A stretch of 63,704 bases of DNA, the filler included, from Octopus bimaculoides (lineage: Eukaryota): the NCBI RefSeq assembly GCF_001194135.2. It is 7 parts of 7 records of this genome, joined end to end, with 100 filler letters (N's around TTAATTAATTAA, not from the genome) between each part and the next. Parts side by side here need not be neighbours in the genome. Positions count along the whole stretch, not along the records: positions 1 to 19,862 come from NC_068983.1; positions 19,963 to 33,478 come from NW_026373279.1; 5 more parts are not named here. One strand, written 5' to 3'. A program made the translations under genes and the position numbers. This document shows, in pieces, positions 11,925 to 26,706 of the stretch (positions are counted from its first letter, which is position 1; each line of letters begins with the position of its first letter). Below the pieces are notes generated by a model. The model was not told where the DNA came from, did no database searches, and was given only the letters and a program-made list of their open reading frames with translations.

Positions 11925-12240
11925 CATCATTTAATGTCCATTGTCCATGCTGGCATGGGTTGGCCAGTTTGACCAGGGCTGGTAAGCTGAGGGGCTGCTC
12001 CAGACTCTGGTTTGATTTGTCATGGTTTCTAGGGCTGAATGTCCTTCCTAATGCCAACCACTCCAAGAGTGTAACAGGTCTCCGTTGTGTGACACCAGTA
12101 TCTGCCTCAACTATGATTTCACTTGGCTTGATGGGTCTTCTTCTCAGGCACAGCATGTTGCCAAAGGTCTCAATCATTTGTCATCACTTCCATGAGGCCC
12201 AACACTTGAAAAGTGCTTTCTACGTGCCACCGGTACATCA
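11925..12240 (-). mobile_element. Older family-C copy
   Basis: CATCATCATTTAATGTCC...CCATGCTGGCATGGGTTGG...CCTTCCTAATGCCAACCACTC. Confidence 0.8.
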
Positions 12241-12417
12241 AATGTTTCAATGGTCTCCTCTCTCTCTCCCTCCCCACCTCCCTGAGCATCTACTTATTTT
12301 TTGTATGTTTAATTTCTCTCTCTCACTCCTATCTATAAGTGTGTTGCCTCCAGTGCCAAAACATCTCATTCAATATGAGGTTTGGAGGTAATCTAATATT
12401 AGCCATTGTTGAAATAA

Positions 12418-12615
<198 letters not shown>

Positions 12616-14128
12616 TAGGTATGTATAATATAGTGGGGTGAGCTCTTTGTGAACAAAGGTTCCAGTTGGGTCTCATTTCACTTCATTAGCATGAATGAGA
12701 ATCTGCTAAACGTAATTTTGTTGCTGTTATTAGGTATATATTATAAGGTGAGCTTGCTTCAGGTGAACAAAGTCTGCAGTCAGATTTCATTTCCCTGATG
12801 TAGCTATTTCACTTTTCCATTAATATCATTAGTATGAGTATAAAACCTGCTAACCATTATCTTTCTTTGTTTTGCCATCGGTGATGTCAGTGGGACTAAT
12901 TACACCAGTACTCAATGAGTTTTTAATTAAACCAACTCATGATGAGGTTAGCAACACCAATACCCTATAGGAATTAAATCAACATAATGAAGTTAATTAC
13001 ATAAAAACTGCTGAACAGATTTTAACACTAAAGAGAACCAGATGGGAAACCCGTGGCTGAAAATCATTTTACATCTGTTTTTCCCTGCCTTCATGGGTTG
13101 GACAAAAATGTTACTTGAAGTAGTTTTACAGTTGGTTGCCTGTCATGATGCTAACCCTTAACTTTCGTATATCTTTGAAGGATGGCACAAAGTGGCAGGG
13201 GGAACACAGCTCATTGCATTTCTGTACAAGCAGTCACAAACGTTAACACAGACTTGGACACTCACATAAACCTGCGTCTGTATATGTGACAGTTTTAAAA
13301 TCCACGTAAAAGGTTGTGGTTGGCCTAGGGCTATAGAAAACAGTTCATCAGATAGCCATGCATTGAGGCCCAAGATGCCAAACCTCAATTGGAAAGGAAA
13401 CTTCACAGCTACATAGCCATACCTGTGCCTAATTCAGGAATACTAAAATTTGGGTAAATGGCTCTATGTAGTTCTTTAACTCTTTAGCATTCAGATTTCT
13501 TTGTCAAATGTAAAGTTTATTTATTCACATTGCTTTGAATTAATCACGTATTCTCATGTAGCTTCCAGATTTCAATGATGTGTTTGTATATTCGTAGAAT
13601 GACATTCTAGGGTAGGTGTGAGAGATTGGATCTGGTCAGTTTTAACATAAAACATTTTGTATATTTCGGCTGGATTAAATGATAAAGGAACCATATCTGG
13701 CCCAAATAGCCTACCTGTTTTATTTTCAAATTGTCCAGAACTGGCCTCACATCTACCTTACCATGTCATTCAGAAAGATGTACAATCACATCATTGAAAT
13801 CTTGACGCTATGAGATAATTCATTATTGATTTTAAAGAATGCGAATAAAAAAGCATTACATTTAACAGTAATCTGAATATTAAGAGGTTACGGTTGGATT
13901 CAGTCTCTCGGGGCAGAGTAGGCTCTTGAAGGGAAGGGCAGACAACCAGTTGTTAAACACTACTTCATGTGTCCTTCATGCAAAATTACATCTCATTCAG
14001 ACATGTATAGATGTTTTCTCATGTTTGACTTCGAGATTTCAGATTGTTAAAATTATATTTCCATTTTGCATGAACACTGTCGCTTCATTCGTTCTTTATT
14101 AATTTTCGTTTTTCTTTTCTCTTTGCAG

Positions 14129-14143
14129 GAGTTGACAATGTAG
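14129..14143 (+). CDS. NACA: NACA last coding exon (ELTM-stop)
   Basis: Long pyrimidine tract plus ttgcAG; GAG TTG ACA ATG TAG followed by TGA. It gives the conserved C-terminus NAIMELTM and a total of 214 aa. Confidence 0.95.
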   Translation, partial: ELTM

Positions 14144-14262
14144 TGAAACCTGTATAACATTTGCATAAATGTTACCTTAAATATGTTGGCAGTTTTTTTT
14201 TTAACTTTGCTTTCTACTATGTCTCCTATTCTTTCGCCTTTCTCTCTGTACAGTTCTTAAAC

Positions 14263-14268
14263 AATAAA
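14263..14268 (+). terminator. Polyadenylation signal of NACA
   Basis: AATAAA ~120 nt after the stop codon, followed by T/GT-rich sequence. Confidence 0.7.
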
Positions 14269-14529
14269 TTTGACCATATTTATATAGTTTTTGACTATAA
14301 ATATATCAGATCTGTGAGGTGCCGTGTTAAAATGTCTCTTGTTTTCAATATGAACAACATATTCTTGTTTCTGTGTTTTGTGATATTTTTCTTCTCTCAT
14401 ATCAAGACAAGATGCATGTCTCACTTTGCGTCACCTTGGGCAAATGTCTTCCACTATAGCCCTGGGTCAACTAAAGCACATGGGTGGATTTAGTAAATGA
14501 AAAGTGAAGGAAGCCTTTGTGTGTGTGTA

Positions 14530-14564
<35 letters not shown>

Positions 14565-15375
14565 TATATNNNNNNNNNNNNNNNNNNNNNNNNNNNNNNN
14601 NNNNNNNNNNNNNNNNNNNNNNNNNNNNNNNNNNNNNNNNNNNNNNNNNNNNNNNNNNNNNNNNNNNNNNNNNNNNNNNNNNNNNNNNNNNNNNNNNNNN
14701 NNNNNNNNNNNNNNNNNNNNNNNNNNNNNNNNNNNNNNNNNNNNNNNNNNNNNNNNNNNNNNNNNNNNNNNNNNNNNNNNNNNNNNNNNNNNNNNNNNNN
14801 NNNNNNNNNNNNNNNNNNNNNNNNNNNNNNNNNNNNNNNNNNNNNNNNNNNNNNNNNNNNNNNNNNNNNNNNNNNNNNNNNNNNNNNNNNNNNNNNNNNN
14901 NNNNNNNNNNNNNNNNNNNNNNNNNNNNNNNNNNNNNNNNNNNNNNNNNNNNNNNNNNNNNNNNNNNNNNNNNNNNNNNNNNNNNNNNNNNNNNNNNNNN
15001 NNNNNNNNNNNNNNNNNNNNNNNNNNNNNNNNNNNNNNNNNNNNNNNNNNNNNNNNNNNNNNNNNNNNNNNNNNNNNNNNNNNNNNNNNNNNNNNNNNNN
15101 NNNNNNNNNNNNNNNNNNNNNNNNNNNNNNNNNNNNNNNNNNNNNNNNNNNNNNNNNNNNNNNNNNNNNNNNNNNNNNNNNNNNNNNNNNNNNNNNNNNN
15201 NNNNNNNNNNNNNNNNNNNNNNNNNNNNNNNNNNNNNNNNNNNNNNNNNNNNNNNNNNNNNNNNNNNNNNNNNNNNNNNNNNNNNNNNNNNNNNNNNNNN
15301 AGCATATTGGCAGTAGCTAATAAACCTTTCTATTATAGGCACAAGGCATGGTTTTTGAGGGAAGGAGCAAGTCAA

Positions 15376-15682
15376 TTAGGGTTAGGGAAAACGAACACAC
15401 GTGCGTTGCCTCTCTGCAAAATGTCAGAAGTAATGGAAATTAAATACGCTTTACACCGCCTAAAATGCCAAAGGAGTAACTGTAAACAGCTGAATACTTG
15501 TCAGTGATTGGTTGAAATTATCGAAATAAGACAATTTTTTACATGAAATTAATTTGAATACAAAAATTTTTTTCTGTTCTATAACACAAAATAGATAAGT
15601 ATACGAAGTTTGAAAGTCATTCGGTACCAAAAACACTACATAAAACAAATGAAAACTGGTGCCCCCGTTTTGAACTAGATCC
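15376..15682. mobile_element. Partial copy (right arm) of the telomere-repeat MITE
   Basis: TTAGGGTTAGGG at 15376; 15498-15682 aligns with 50657-50840 and ends GCCCCCGTTTTGAACTAGATCC. Confidence 0.8.
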
Positions 15683-16057
15683 GGTGATACTTCTAGTCAA
15701 TAAAGTATGCTGAATGATGTTAGGTGTCTAGTTTGGCATTTTACTGAATTGAATATCACTGATGGTGATCATTGCCTTATATGTTAGGGATAACATTAAA
15801 CATAATCTTAAGTGAAGGAAAACAAATTCAGCATCATGGAGTACTGCTGAGAATTTAATGTATCAAATATCAGATTGAACATGAGTTCTTAACAGAATAT
15901 TTATTAAAACAGTAGCGTGACATAGAGGAGCTGAGAATTAATCAGTGAACAAAGAATACACTCAAAGACGTTTGTAATTAAAAAAAAAAAACAAATTGCA
16001 AGGGAAGTAACTCCAATAAACTATAGTGAAAAAAATTCAATGCAAACAATACTCTCT

Positions 16058-16375
16058 TGTTTCAGTTATTTGACTGTGGCCATGCTGGAGCACCGCCTTT
16101 AGTCGAGCAAATCGACCCCAGGACTTATTCTGTGTAAGCCTAGTACTTATTCTATCGGTCTCTTTTGCCGAACCGCTAAGTTACGGGGACGTAAACACAC
16201 CAGCATCAGTTGTCAAGCGATGTGGGGGGGGGGGGCAAACACACATATATACATATATATATATATATACATATATACGACTGGTTTCTTTCAGTTTCCG
16301 TCTACCAAATCCACTCACAAGGCTTTGGTCGGCCCGAGGCTATAGTAGAAGACAATTGCCCAAGGTGCCAGACTG
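16058..16375 (-). mobile_element. Family-B SINE
   Basis: Reverse complement of the family-B body. Confidence 0.88.
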
Positions 16376-17379
16376 AGCCCTCATCTCTCTCAAATCACTT
16401 TCAGCCAAAGAAAAGACTTTGGCTGGTCTGATCGTACAGTAAGGTAGAACATTTGGGTCAAATATGGCTGGTTTAAATGCTAAAGTGTTAAATCATCATC
16501 ATCATCATCACTGTTTAACATCCATTTTCCATGCTGGCACAATGTCAGTAAAGTTGGGATAGTCATGGCCGGAAAACTTTTGATAATAGATTTGGAACAA
16601 GCATGTAGTACCAGCTGTTATGCTAACACTTCCAACTACTACCATCTGTTGCTTACCTCTTTATACTGAATGTTTGTTTAAGCTCATTGGAAAGGTAATT
16701 CCTCTGAGAAACCTGAACAAACATTCGCTTCGCTTAAACAATGACTGGCACAAAAAAAAGAACAAAATGGAAACATTAAAATCCATTTACAAAATACTCT
16801 GTATTTCAACATAGAGATTTTCTATAATTGTGTACTAACAATATGCAAACTCACATTCATACAAAAATGGGACAAGAATGCAAAACATCCAGTCAGCTGA
16901 TATAATAAAGGGATAACGAAACATCCAGATAGACGATACAAAGAAAATAAGGACAGGTCATTCGGAGTTTTCTTTCCTCAGTCGAGATCCAGATTATCTT
17001 TGCAATTTCGGTTGGTTATACTTGAGGTTGCTCCAATCTGGCCAGCCTCAAGGAAAAATTAGGCTAAGAGCATTAGATTCTTAGAAAGAAAGCAGCGAAT
17101 GTATATGAAAACAAGGATGGGAAAAAAACGGAGAAATGGTACACAAATACAAATGCAAACAACAGGTGTCTTTCGACTAAGGATGGATTAAATTAAGCTG
17201 GCGTGTGTGGAAGTGAGGTCTTATGGCAGGGACATACGATTTGACAGGCACAGGTGGTAGTTGAACCAAGAAAGAAAGGTCAGGCTTGGCCGAAACCTGT
17301 CATGCGGGGAGAGAAGACAGAGGTAGAGGCAGAGGGATAGAAGAATTGAGGTGTGCGGAAAAAATGAAATGGACAGAGT

Positions 17380-17694
17380 GAGGTGATAAAATTTCATATG
17401 ATGGATGTGTTATACACAGCGATGACTGCTGCAATGGAGAATATAACCACTAGCAGCTTTTCAGTGCATTCGAAAATCACGTAACCCCCAATTTTCCATG
17501 ACAGGTTAGGGCCTGAAATACTCCTAATGGACGCATAGCATGTTGCTCAGTCAAATTAGCCCATCATTTACTCCACAAATGTTTTGTTTTCAATGCTGCA
17601 CTTTCCCATATCACCTGTTTCAACATAACTCTAATATAATATATACAGACTATGGTGTTTTAATCCTAAGCAACGCCGGGTATCTCTATTAGCA
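17380..17694 (-). mobile_element. Helitron-like non-autonomous fragment
   Basis: 17668-17694 is the reverse complement of a TGCTAATAGAGATACCCGGCGTTGC terminus, matching 58658-58684. Confidence 0.5.
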
Positions 17695-17711
17695 TATACA
17701 TATATTTATAT

Positions 17712-18845
17712 ATATATATATAATCCAAGAGAGTTAGGGGTTGAGGATCCAACCCACTAAGGGATAATATTTATCCAATATACTGCTGGGAGGGTACTCA
17801 ATTATTGTTACACTAGTGTTATACCAAGTGCAATAAGTGGGTGCGGAGATACCACCACGCTGGAAATAGCAGCCAAAACTTGACTCGAAAACCACATTAA
17901 ATGTTCATATAGCACCAGGAGAGAACACAAAGAGACAAAATAAACTAGCAAAAATTACTGGATAATTCCAGATCCCAGATTTCTGGCTCTGCATAAGAAA
18001 TGCTTTGCCTTCATCAGTGGAATATACTCAGAATGCACATAAATACAAATATATATATATATATATATATATACAACATACGATAAACGAACGTATACAT
18101 ACATATATATGCACGTNNNNNNNNNNNNNNNNNNNNNNNNNNNNNNNNNNNNNNNNNNNNNNNNNNNNNNNNNNNNNNNNNNNNNNNNNNNNNNNNNNNN
18201 NNNNNNNNNNNNNNNNNNNNNNNNNNNNNNNNNNNNNNNNNNNNNNNNNNNNNNNNNNNNNNNNNNNNNNNNNNNNNNNNNNNNNNNNNNNNNNNNNNNN
18301 NNNNNNNNNNNNNNNNNNNNNNNNNNNNNNNNNNNNNNNNNNNNNNNNNNNNNNNNNNNNNNNNNNNNNNNNNNNNNNNNNNNNNNNNNNNNNNNNNNNN
18401 NNNNNNNNNNNNNNNNNNNNNNNNNNNNNNNNNNNNNNNNNNNNNNNNNNNNNNNNNNNNNNNNNNNNNNNNNNNNNNNNNNNNNNNNNNNNNNNNNNNN
18501 NNNNNNNNNNNNNNNNNNNNNNNNNNNNNNNNNNNNNNNNNNNNNNNNNNNNNNNNNNNNNNNNNNNNNNNNNNNNNNNNNNNNNNNNNNNNNNNNNNNN
18601 NNNNNNNNNNNNNNNNNNNNNNNNNNNNNNNNNNNNNNNNNNNNNNNNNNNNNNNNNNNNNNNNNNNNNTACGTGCATATATATGTATGTATACGTTCGT
18701 TTATCGTATGTTGTATATATATATATATATATAACGTGAAAGGGTTGGGGGTTCAACCCACTAAGGGATAGTATCTATCCAGTATACTGCTGGGACGGTA
18801 CCCAATTAATGCTACACTAGTGCTATACTAGGTGCAATCAATGGG
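17712..18845 (+). repeat. Two diverged direct copies (~17712-17855 and ~18733-18845) of an unclassified ~130-bp repeat
   Basis: Shared CAACCCACTAAGGGATA...TATACTGCTGGGA...TACACTAGTG...GTGCAAT. Confidence 0.8.
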
Positions 18846-20566
18846 AGCGGGTAAAATTGGAGGTTTTACCCCAAATTTGTGTAACAATTAGAAAATGGAG
18901 GATAATATGCTGAACCCAACTACTTGCAGATGGTGTATCCCGTTGAATTCATTAATTTAATTCATAGCAAAAGTGACAAAAAAAGGAAGAAAAGAAACAA
19001 TGGGCTTGTTAGTAGAAGACACTTGCCCAAAATGCCATGCCCTGGGATTGAACTCACAACCTTATGGTTGGGAAGCAAGCTTTTTACCATACACCACACC
19101 TATGTTGACTGTCTGTTTGTGACTGAGGAAGACCGTCACTGACTATTAAGAGTATTGTACATTCAGAGAAGATTTTGCTTTGCACTTGTGGATCTGCTGT
19201 TTGACTAATGAACTGAAGTTATATATACATATGTATAACCATGCATATTTTACATGTGTGAATATATACATTCATAAGCACACACACACACACACATTTG
19301 TAAGTAAGCATGTATGTATCTATATTTCTGTGTGTTTGTGCATGTGTACAGGAACTGACAGATCTGGTGCAATCAAGTGCAAATCTCTACATGTTCCAGA
19401 CATATAACAAGAAGGAGAATGGTGGAATACATATCAATGCCTCGGTGAAGTAGATTGTTGACAATATGGAGTGAAGTTGATTGTCGTACTAAGTCTGTAG
19501 AGGACATTCTTTTCATGGAATTCTTCCTGAGTACAACTCATATACACACACACATAATAGCATAAGAAACTGACCAATAAGAGAGAATTTCTTTAGTGTC
19601 TTTTAATTTGCTAGAAATAGCAGCTACATCTCCCTTAACCCTTTAGCATTCAGGAGTGGCTGTGTGGTAAGTAGCTTGCTTACCAACCACATGTTTTCAG
19701 GTTCAGTCCCACTGTGTGGTACCTTGGGCAAGTGTCTTTTACTATAGCCTCGAGCCAACCAAAGCCTTGTGAGTGGATTTGGTAGATGGAAATTGAAAGA
19801 AGCCTGTCGTATATATGTATATATATATATGCGTGTGTATATATTTGTGTGTCTGTGTTTGTNNNNNNNNNNNNNNNNNNNNNNNNNNNNNNNNNNNNNN
19901 NNNNNNTTAATTAATTAANNNNNNNNNNNNNNNNNNNNNNNNNNNNNNNNNNNNNNNNNNNNTATATATATATATATATATATACACATTAATGAACATG
20001 ACGACTGTTATTGTTTCACTGAAGGAATGCGCCTAAGGCTCATCACAAAACGTCTTAGTGTGCATCCTTTAGTTAGCCTTGGTGGACGTGGTCCCTTCTG
20101 AAACATTTGTACCCATACTGATGACAACATGTTGAACTTAATCCACAATATCTTACTATTCGACATATATTATATGTCAACGTTTCCGTATATATGTGTC
20201 TCCGTGTATGTATATACATACATATATATATATATTTAATTACATACATATATAAAACATATTTGCGTATATACATACCTGTGCCTGTCTGTCTGTCTGT
20301 GTGTCTGTGTAATGATATCCCTATGTTTTGTTGCAGGTATACAGGTACATTTGTGTAGTTAAAAATTTCGTTACACTGTGCCAGTGGTCACCATGTTCTG
20401 AATGGAGTTTGAAACCTGCCTCAGCAGTTTTGCAGTAGTGTTATTGTTCGTGTGTTGTTTTTGTAACTGTGTCAGTTCTATATCTTCTCAATGATAAGAA
20501 TAATTCCTGGGGTGGCCACAAGAAAGTAAAAAAGTTAGTTGAAGCCTATAATGTCCCGCCCTTTCA

Positions 20567-20616
<50 letters not shown>

Positions 20617-21265
20617 ATTTGTGATTTTTTTCTACATTTACGTATGTATAACTATGAATGTGTGTGTGTGTGTGTGTGTGAAAAGCATTGATTGAACAGA
20701 TAAGGTTTCAAAAAAAAAACAACAACCCAAAAAACAATTGTCAAGTCAACTACGAAGTTTCGCCAAGAAAAGCTTTTCTAAAGGTCATGAAAATGTTTGT
20801 GTTTGCGTGATGGTGTACGTGTACATGTGCCCGTATGTATATCAGCGCGCGCGTGTGTGTATGTGTATGTGTGTGTGTATTCATACACACACACATCGCA
20901 GTTTTTGTGTATAGATAAACTGTTTATACGAATTATCTATATCATATATATACATATGTATATTTGATTTTTTTTTTTTTTGCAAATATCAATATATAAA
21001 CAAACAAATTATTTCCTGGATATGTATGTATGCATGTGTGAATGTATGTATGTGTATTCATGTGTGAATTTGTTTGTGTGTAGGAATGTATGAATGTGTG
21101 TATGTATACATGTACATTTGCTTATATATTTGTATATTTGTGTGTGTGTGTATATATATATACACACACACACACACACGTATATATATATATATATTTA
21201 TATACACACACACACATATATTTGTATTTTGGCATATATTCAAGTTGGTGTATAATATATGCGTA

Positions 21266-21296
<31 letters not shown>

Positions 21297-21398
21297 TTGT
21301 CAGTGTGTGCATGTTCCCTGTATGTGTGTGTTTGTGTATGTATATCTATACATATGTATGTATATACATGTATATATATATATATATANNNNNNNNNN

Positions 21399-21441
<43 letters not shown>

Positions 21442-22623
21442 TTGTATATATGTGTGTGTGTGTGTGTGTTTGTATATTTGTGTGTGTGTTTGTGTATTTG
21501 TGCGTACGTTAATATGGTGGTGTGTCTGTTGTTACATCTGGAGACAGGTGACCGCTCTAACTTTCGTGTGATAGTGACAGGAACAGAGAGAGACGTTGTT
21601 TCTGATACAAAACTTACATCAACAGTTTACGTTGAACAAGTTCTTGCGAAATGCGCTCACATATATTTATATGTCTTTGAAGAAACTGAATGTCTCACTA
21701 CTCTATGTATATATATATACTCGCCTGTAAGTACATATACCAATATATATATATGTACGTGTGTGTGTGTGTGTATGGCTACATACATACATGCATGCAC
21801 ATACACACGCGCATTGGCAATGCCTGTGAAGTAGTGAGGAAGGAATTTGCGCCGGACGGAGAAGTTCCAACTCGAAGATAAAGCTCAGAAACTCAGGAAT
21901 TAATTCTACTGAACACTTTTTGATGGATTTCTAATTTATTTTTTTGAAAAACAACACTTATAAGAGAATGTCTGGTAAGAAGATTAAATTAACCGAAAAA
22001 CAAACAAANNNNNNNNNNNNNNNNNNNNNNNNNNNNNNNNNNNNNNNNNNNNNNNNNNNNNNNNNNNNNNNNNNNNNNNNNNNNNNNNNNNNNNNNNNNN
22101 NNNNNNNNNNNNNNNNNNNNNNNNNNNNNNNNNNNNNNNNNNNNNNNNNNNNNNNNNNNNNNNNNNNNNNNNNNNNNNNNNNNNNNNNNNNNNNNNNNNN
22201 NNNNNNNNNNNNNNNNNNNNNNNNNNNNNNNNNNNNNNNNNNNNNNNNNNNNNNNNNNNNNNNNNNNNNNNNNNNNNNNNNNNNNNNNNNNNNNNNNNNN
22301 NNNNNNNNNNNNNNNNNNNNNNNNNNNNNNNNNNNNNNNNNNNNNNNNNNNNNNNNNNNNNNNNNNNNNNNNNNNNNNNNNNNNNNNNNNNNNNNNNNNN
22401 NNNNNNNNNNNNNNNNNNNNNNNNNNNNNNNNNNNNNNNNNNNNNNNNNNNNNNNNNNNNNNNNNNNNNNNNNNNNNNNNNNNNNNNNNNNNNNNNNTAT
22501 AAGTGTGTGTATGTATATATGCATGTATGAATGTGTGCGTGTATGTATGAATGTGTGCGTGTATGTATGAATGTGTGCGTGTATATATGCATTTATGAAT
22601 GTGTGTGTGTATATATGTATGTG

Positions 22624-22671
<48 letters not shown>

Positions 22672-23284
22672 AGAAAACTTTTGTGTGAATACTTATATTT
22701 GTATATACATTTGTTTTAACTGTATTCATTTTCTTTAGTTATATTATATTTCTATATACAGATGTACAATATATATATGTAGATATATACGTATTTTTAT
22801 GTATGTGTATGCAAATATTTCTCACTCTATATATGTGTGTACGTGTGCATACGTACATGTTGCTGTCTATATCTATAATAATTATATATAACAATCATGT
22901 GTGTGTATGCATGTGTACGTGTACATATATAGCAATGTATGTTCGCATTTATATGTATAGTTATATATAAAGTTTTATTTACATGTATCTATGTAAAATG
23001 TATGTATTTATAACTATAAATGTGTGTGTGTGTGTGTGTACTTGTAGATGTTAGCAAACAAAGGGCTGTGTCCCTGAAATAGCAAAATTCGTTATGTTAG
23101 GGGAATCAATAAAATTTGAAAGCCGACCTGGGCCTTCGACATAATTTGATTGAGTAAAACCGTTGGCGGTGGGAAAATTTAAGCAGGTTACGTTTCCCCT
23201 TCAGCCAACAACGTATCTATTTAAATGTGTGTGTGTGTGTGTGTGTGTGTATGAATGGGTACAAATACACACACACACACACAG

Positions 23285-23347
<63 letters not shown>

Positions 23348-23809
23348 CTCATTGTTGGTAGAACGAATCTTAAACTGTTGAAGGGTTCTCAACGTGAACG
23401 ATTAAATATATACATGTGTGTGTATACGTATATTCCGTATGTATGTGTATACTTATACATGTATATTCGTATGTATATATACATGTGTATATATCTATAT
23501 AGATGTGTGCCTATATATATATGTATATATATCTTTATAAACATACTAGTATACATGCGTTAGATATAGCATGTATATAGAAATTTTTATGTAAAGTGTA
23601 TATGTAACGTCTATATGTTAACACATGCACTTATGTATATAGTCTATATATATATTATTTGTACAGTCTTAAAAAATTCATCTAAATATCTATACACACC
23701 TTATGATATCTATATACATATATACACCACCAAGTTCGTTACTTTATATGTGTATATATGAAATATAAGGATATGTTTAGAATGTGAGCGTATATAAATT
23801 TTTGATTTG

Positions 23810-23844
<35 letters not shown>

Positions 23845-24103
23845 AAATATTGCATCTTACATGTATGTATATATGTAGTTACTTATAAATGTTGATATGT
23901 ACGTATTTATACTGATATCTGAATTTAAACATTTATGTAGAAGTAGATATAATTTTGTGTTTGATTCTTATATAATCACAAATAAACATGCAGTTATACA
24001 CATGTATATATACGAATATGATTATACACTTATCTATCTATATATAAATTTTCACGTGTATGTGAACATATATACACACCACTTTTAACACACACACACA
24101 CAC

Positions 24104-24166
<63 letters not shown>

Positions 24167-24221
24167 ATGTATGTATAACCATATCTTCATAGGTTACAGT
24201 ACATATAGGAATATATGTATG

Positions 24222-24304
<83 letters not shown>

Positions 24305-24418
24305 TGATATGCATATATTTGTGTGTATGTGTGTACACAAACATATACATGTGCTTTTTGTATTCAGTTATTAATTCACACCCTCATGTATCTTTATATA
24401 TACTTACATGTCTATTGA

Positions 24419-24450
<32 letters not shown>

Positions 24451-24611
24451 GGCACATTGATGTATGCATTTATTCTTGTATATGTAATTATATATACATT
24501 GATATGTGTGTGTGTTTGTGTGTGGAGTTGCATATATATGTTTATATGTGTACTGAGAAAACTGTAGATTTTTACATACATGCATTAGTATATAGACATT
24601 CTGACATGCCC

Positions 24612-24643
<32 letters not shown>

Positions 24644-24979
24644 AGCATGTATATACTTACATTTGTGTGCATATATATATATGTCTGTGTGTATAGCTGT
24701 GTGTGAGTGTGTGCATTGTTGACATCATAAGCTGTTTATAAACTTTGAAGAGATCATGAAATAATTCTTCTGTTTTGGAATATGTTGATGCACACACACA
24801 CACACACAAAACTATAAATAATGATTTGTAAGTCTTGGATAGAAAAATTCAGCCTTCGCCTTTCGCTTTCCAAAAGGTTTTTCAGCCCAATATTTGTGTG
24901 TTATTCGGTTTATCCATATGTATTTGTTTCTAGATATTCCCCAAAACTATTACTCCATATATATATATATATATATGTG

Positions 24980-25026
<47 letters not shown>

Positions 25027-26657
25027 GAAATTAAAATGACAAGAGAATAGTAAATTATGTCATGAGCTTCATTAGCTAACAGTTGTTTCTTCCATAAGAT
25101 GCTATTGACTCATAATTGACTGCTCGTGTATCGCCCTATAGCTTCATCAGAGCTTAAAAAATGAAAATGAAGTGCAATTTTATTTGGGATAGCATTTACA
25201 TTCATATATATATAAAGAAACACATTTTCAATGAAAACACACACACACACACATACATACAGAGTTAGATACCTAGATACATGTATGTTTTTGTTATATC
25301 TCTGGCTAACATGGAAAATCCAATCGTGTCCTCCACACTTGAACACCAATGAAAATTACTATATATTATTCACATCCATTTTATCAAAAGCTATAATATC
25401 CAAAATCATAGCCCCATCTCTATTATCAATAATGATAATGCTCCTAGCTGTAGTATAATCTTATGATAAAATTGTCTTTATTAGGGATCCTGTTAATATT
25501 CACAGCTGTTGTATCTATCATGAATCTGTGTTTTATCTGTCATATCAATCACTATCGTGTTTTCACGACTCGAATGAATGAAGAAAATGCTTGCATCTGC
25601 CTAATTAATCCCTATGATTTTCACCTCTTTTGTATTAATTTTGATAATCCTCGTCAGCTGTCCTATGAAATCGTGTTAATACTTATGTCTTTGTTTACTA
25701 ATCCTGTTAAAATTTTAATCCTGTTAAAATTTTAATAGGTTTTACATCTGCCCTGATTACTTTTCATCTGTAATTTACTAAGATAATATACGTCACATCT
25801 GTTGTAACCATCTGCATCGTTGTGATGTCCACTTGCATGGGTCAAACAGAATTCATTGAGGCATGTTTGCTATGGCCGGATCCTTTTGCTCTTGACAAAC
25901 CTCACATGTTTCCCAAGCAGCGTAATAGCTAAGTATTCCCAGCGATAACAAACATGGAGAAACGAACAACGTCACATGTGAGTACTCTTGTTTTCGTGTC
26001 GCAATCAAGTGATATGAAAATAAAGCTACTCACAAACATACACTTCTATATGCATATATGTATGTATTGTATGTAGACTTAAATGCAAAACAAGGTGGGG
26101 AAAATGGTAGTCGAATACCGAAGGTAGAGTAGTATGCCTTGTTATTAAGGTTGCAAAAAAGAAAAAAAATCATCACAAATTGTTACTCAGAGTCCTCAAA
26201 CAGTTGTGATCACCATTGATTTCTTTCAGGTGTATTATATGTATGTTGATATATATATATAATGTTGATATATATATATATATATATATATACAAGAATA
26301 AGGGCAGGGAATCGTCAATTAATAATAGAATTAACAATTAACAATTTTGCCAAGTAGTTCAGTATGAAAAAACCTTTATCGGTAAAACCATTTATCATCA
26401 TAAATATACAGGGATTAGCATTGAGTTGCTTCTCCGAGCATGTGTATGTATGTATGTATGTGTGTGTATACATATTTGTATGTGTACATATATTTGTGTG
26501 TATGTGTGTGTGTATATACATATATTTGTGTGTGTTGTCTGTATATATATATATACATATATTTTTATGAGTACATATATTTGTGTGTTTGTATATGTGT
26601 GCGTGTTTGTATGTATGAATGTGTGCGTGTGTATATATTTATATAGTAAGTTTTTAC

Positions 26658-26706
<49 letters not shown>

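Noticed and set aside
14467-15507. Long ORFs in the track spanning N runs (also near 18, 22, 41, 47, 53, 54 and 59 kb)
   Set aside because: Their length comes from untranslatable gaps and TA/CA microsatellites.
19907-19918. TTAATTAATTAA islands inside N runs (also 33523, 48837, 58517, 60834, 62413)
   Set aside because: An identical 12-mer with stops in all six frames, centred in ~100-N gaps, is an assembly spacer, not biology.
21058-24672. Cys/Val/Tyr/Ile/His-rich ORFs
   Set aside because: Translations of (TG)n, (TA)n and (CA)n arrays.
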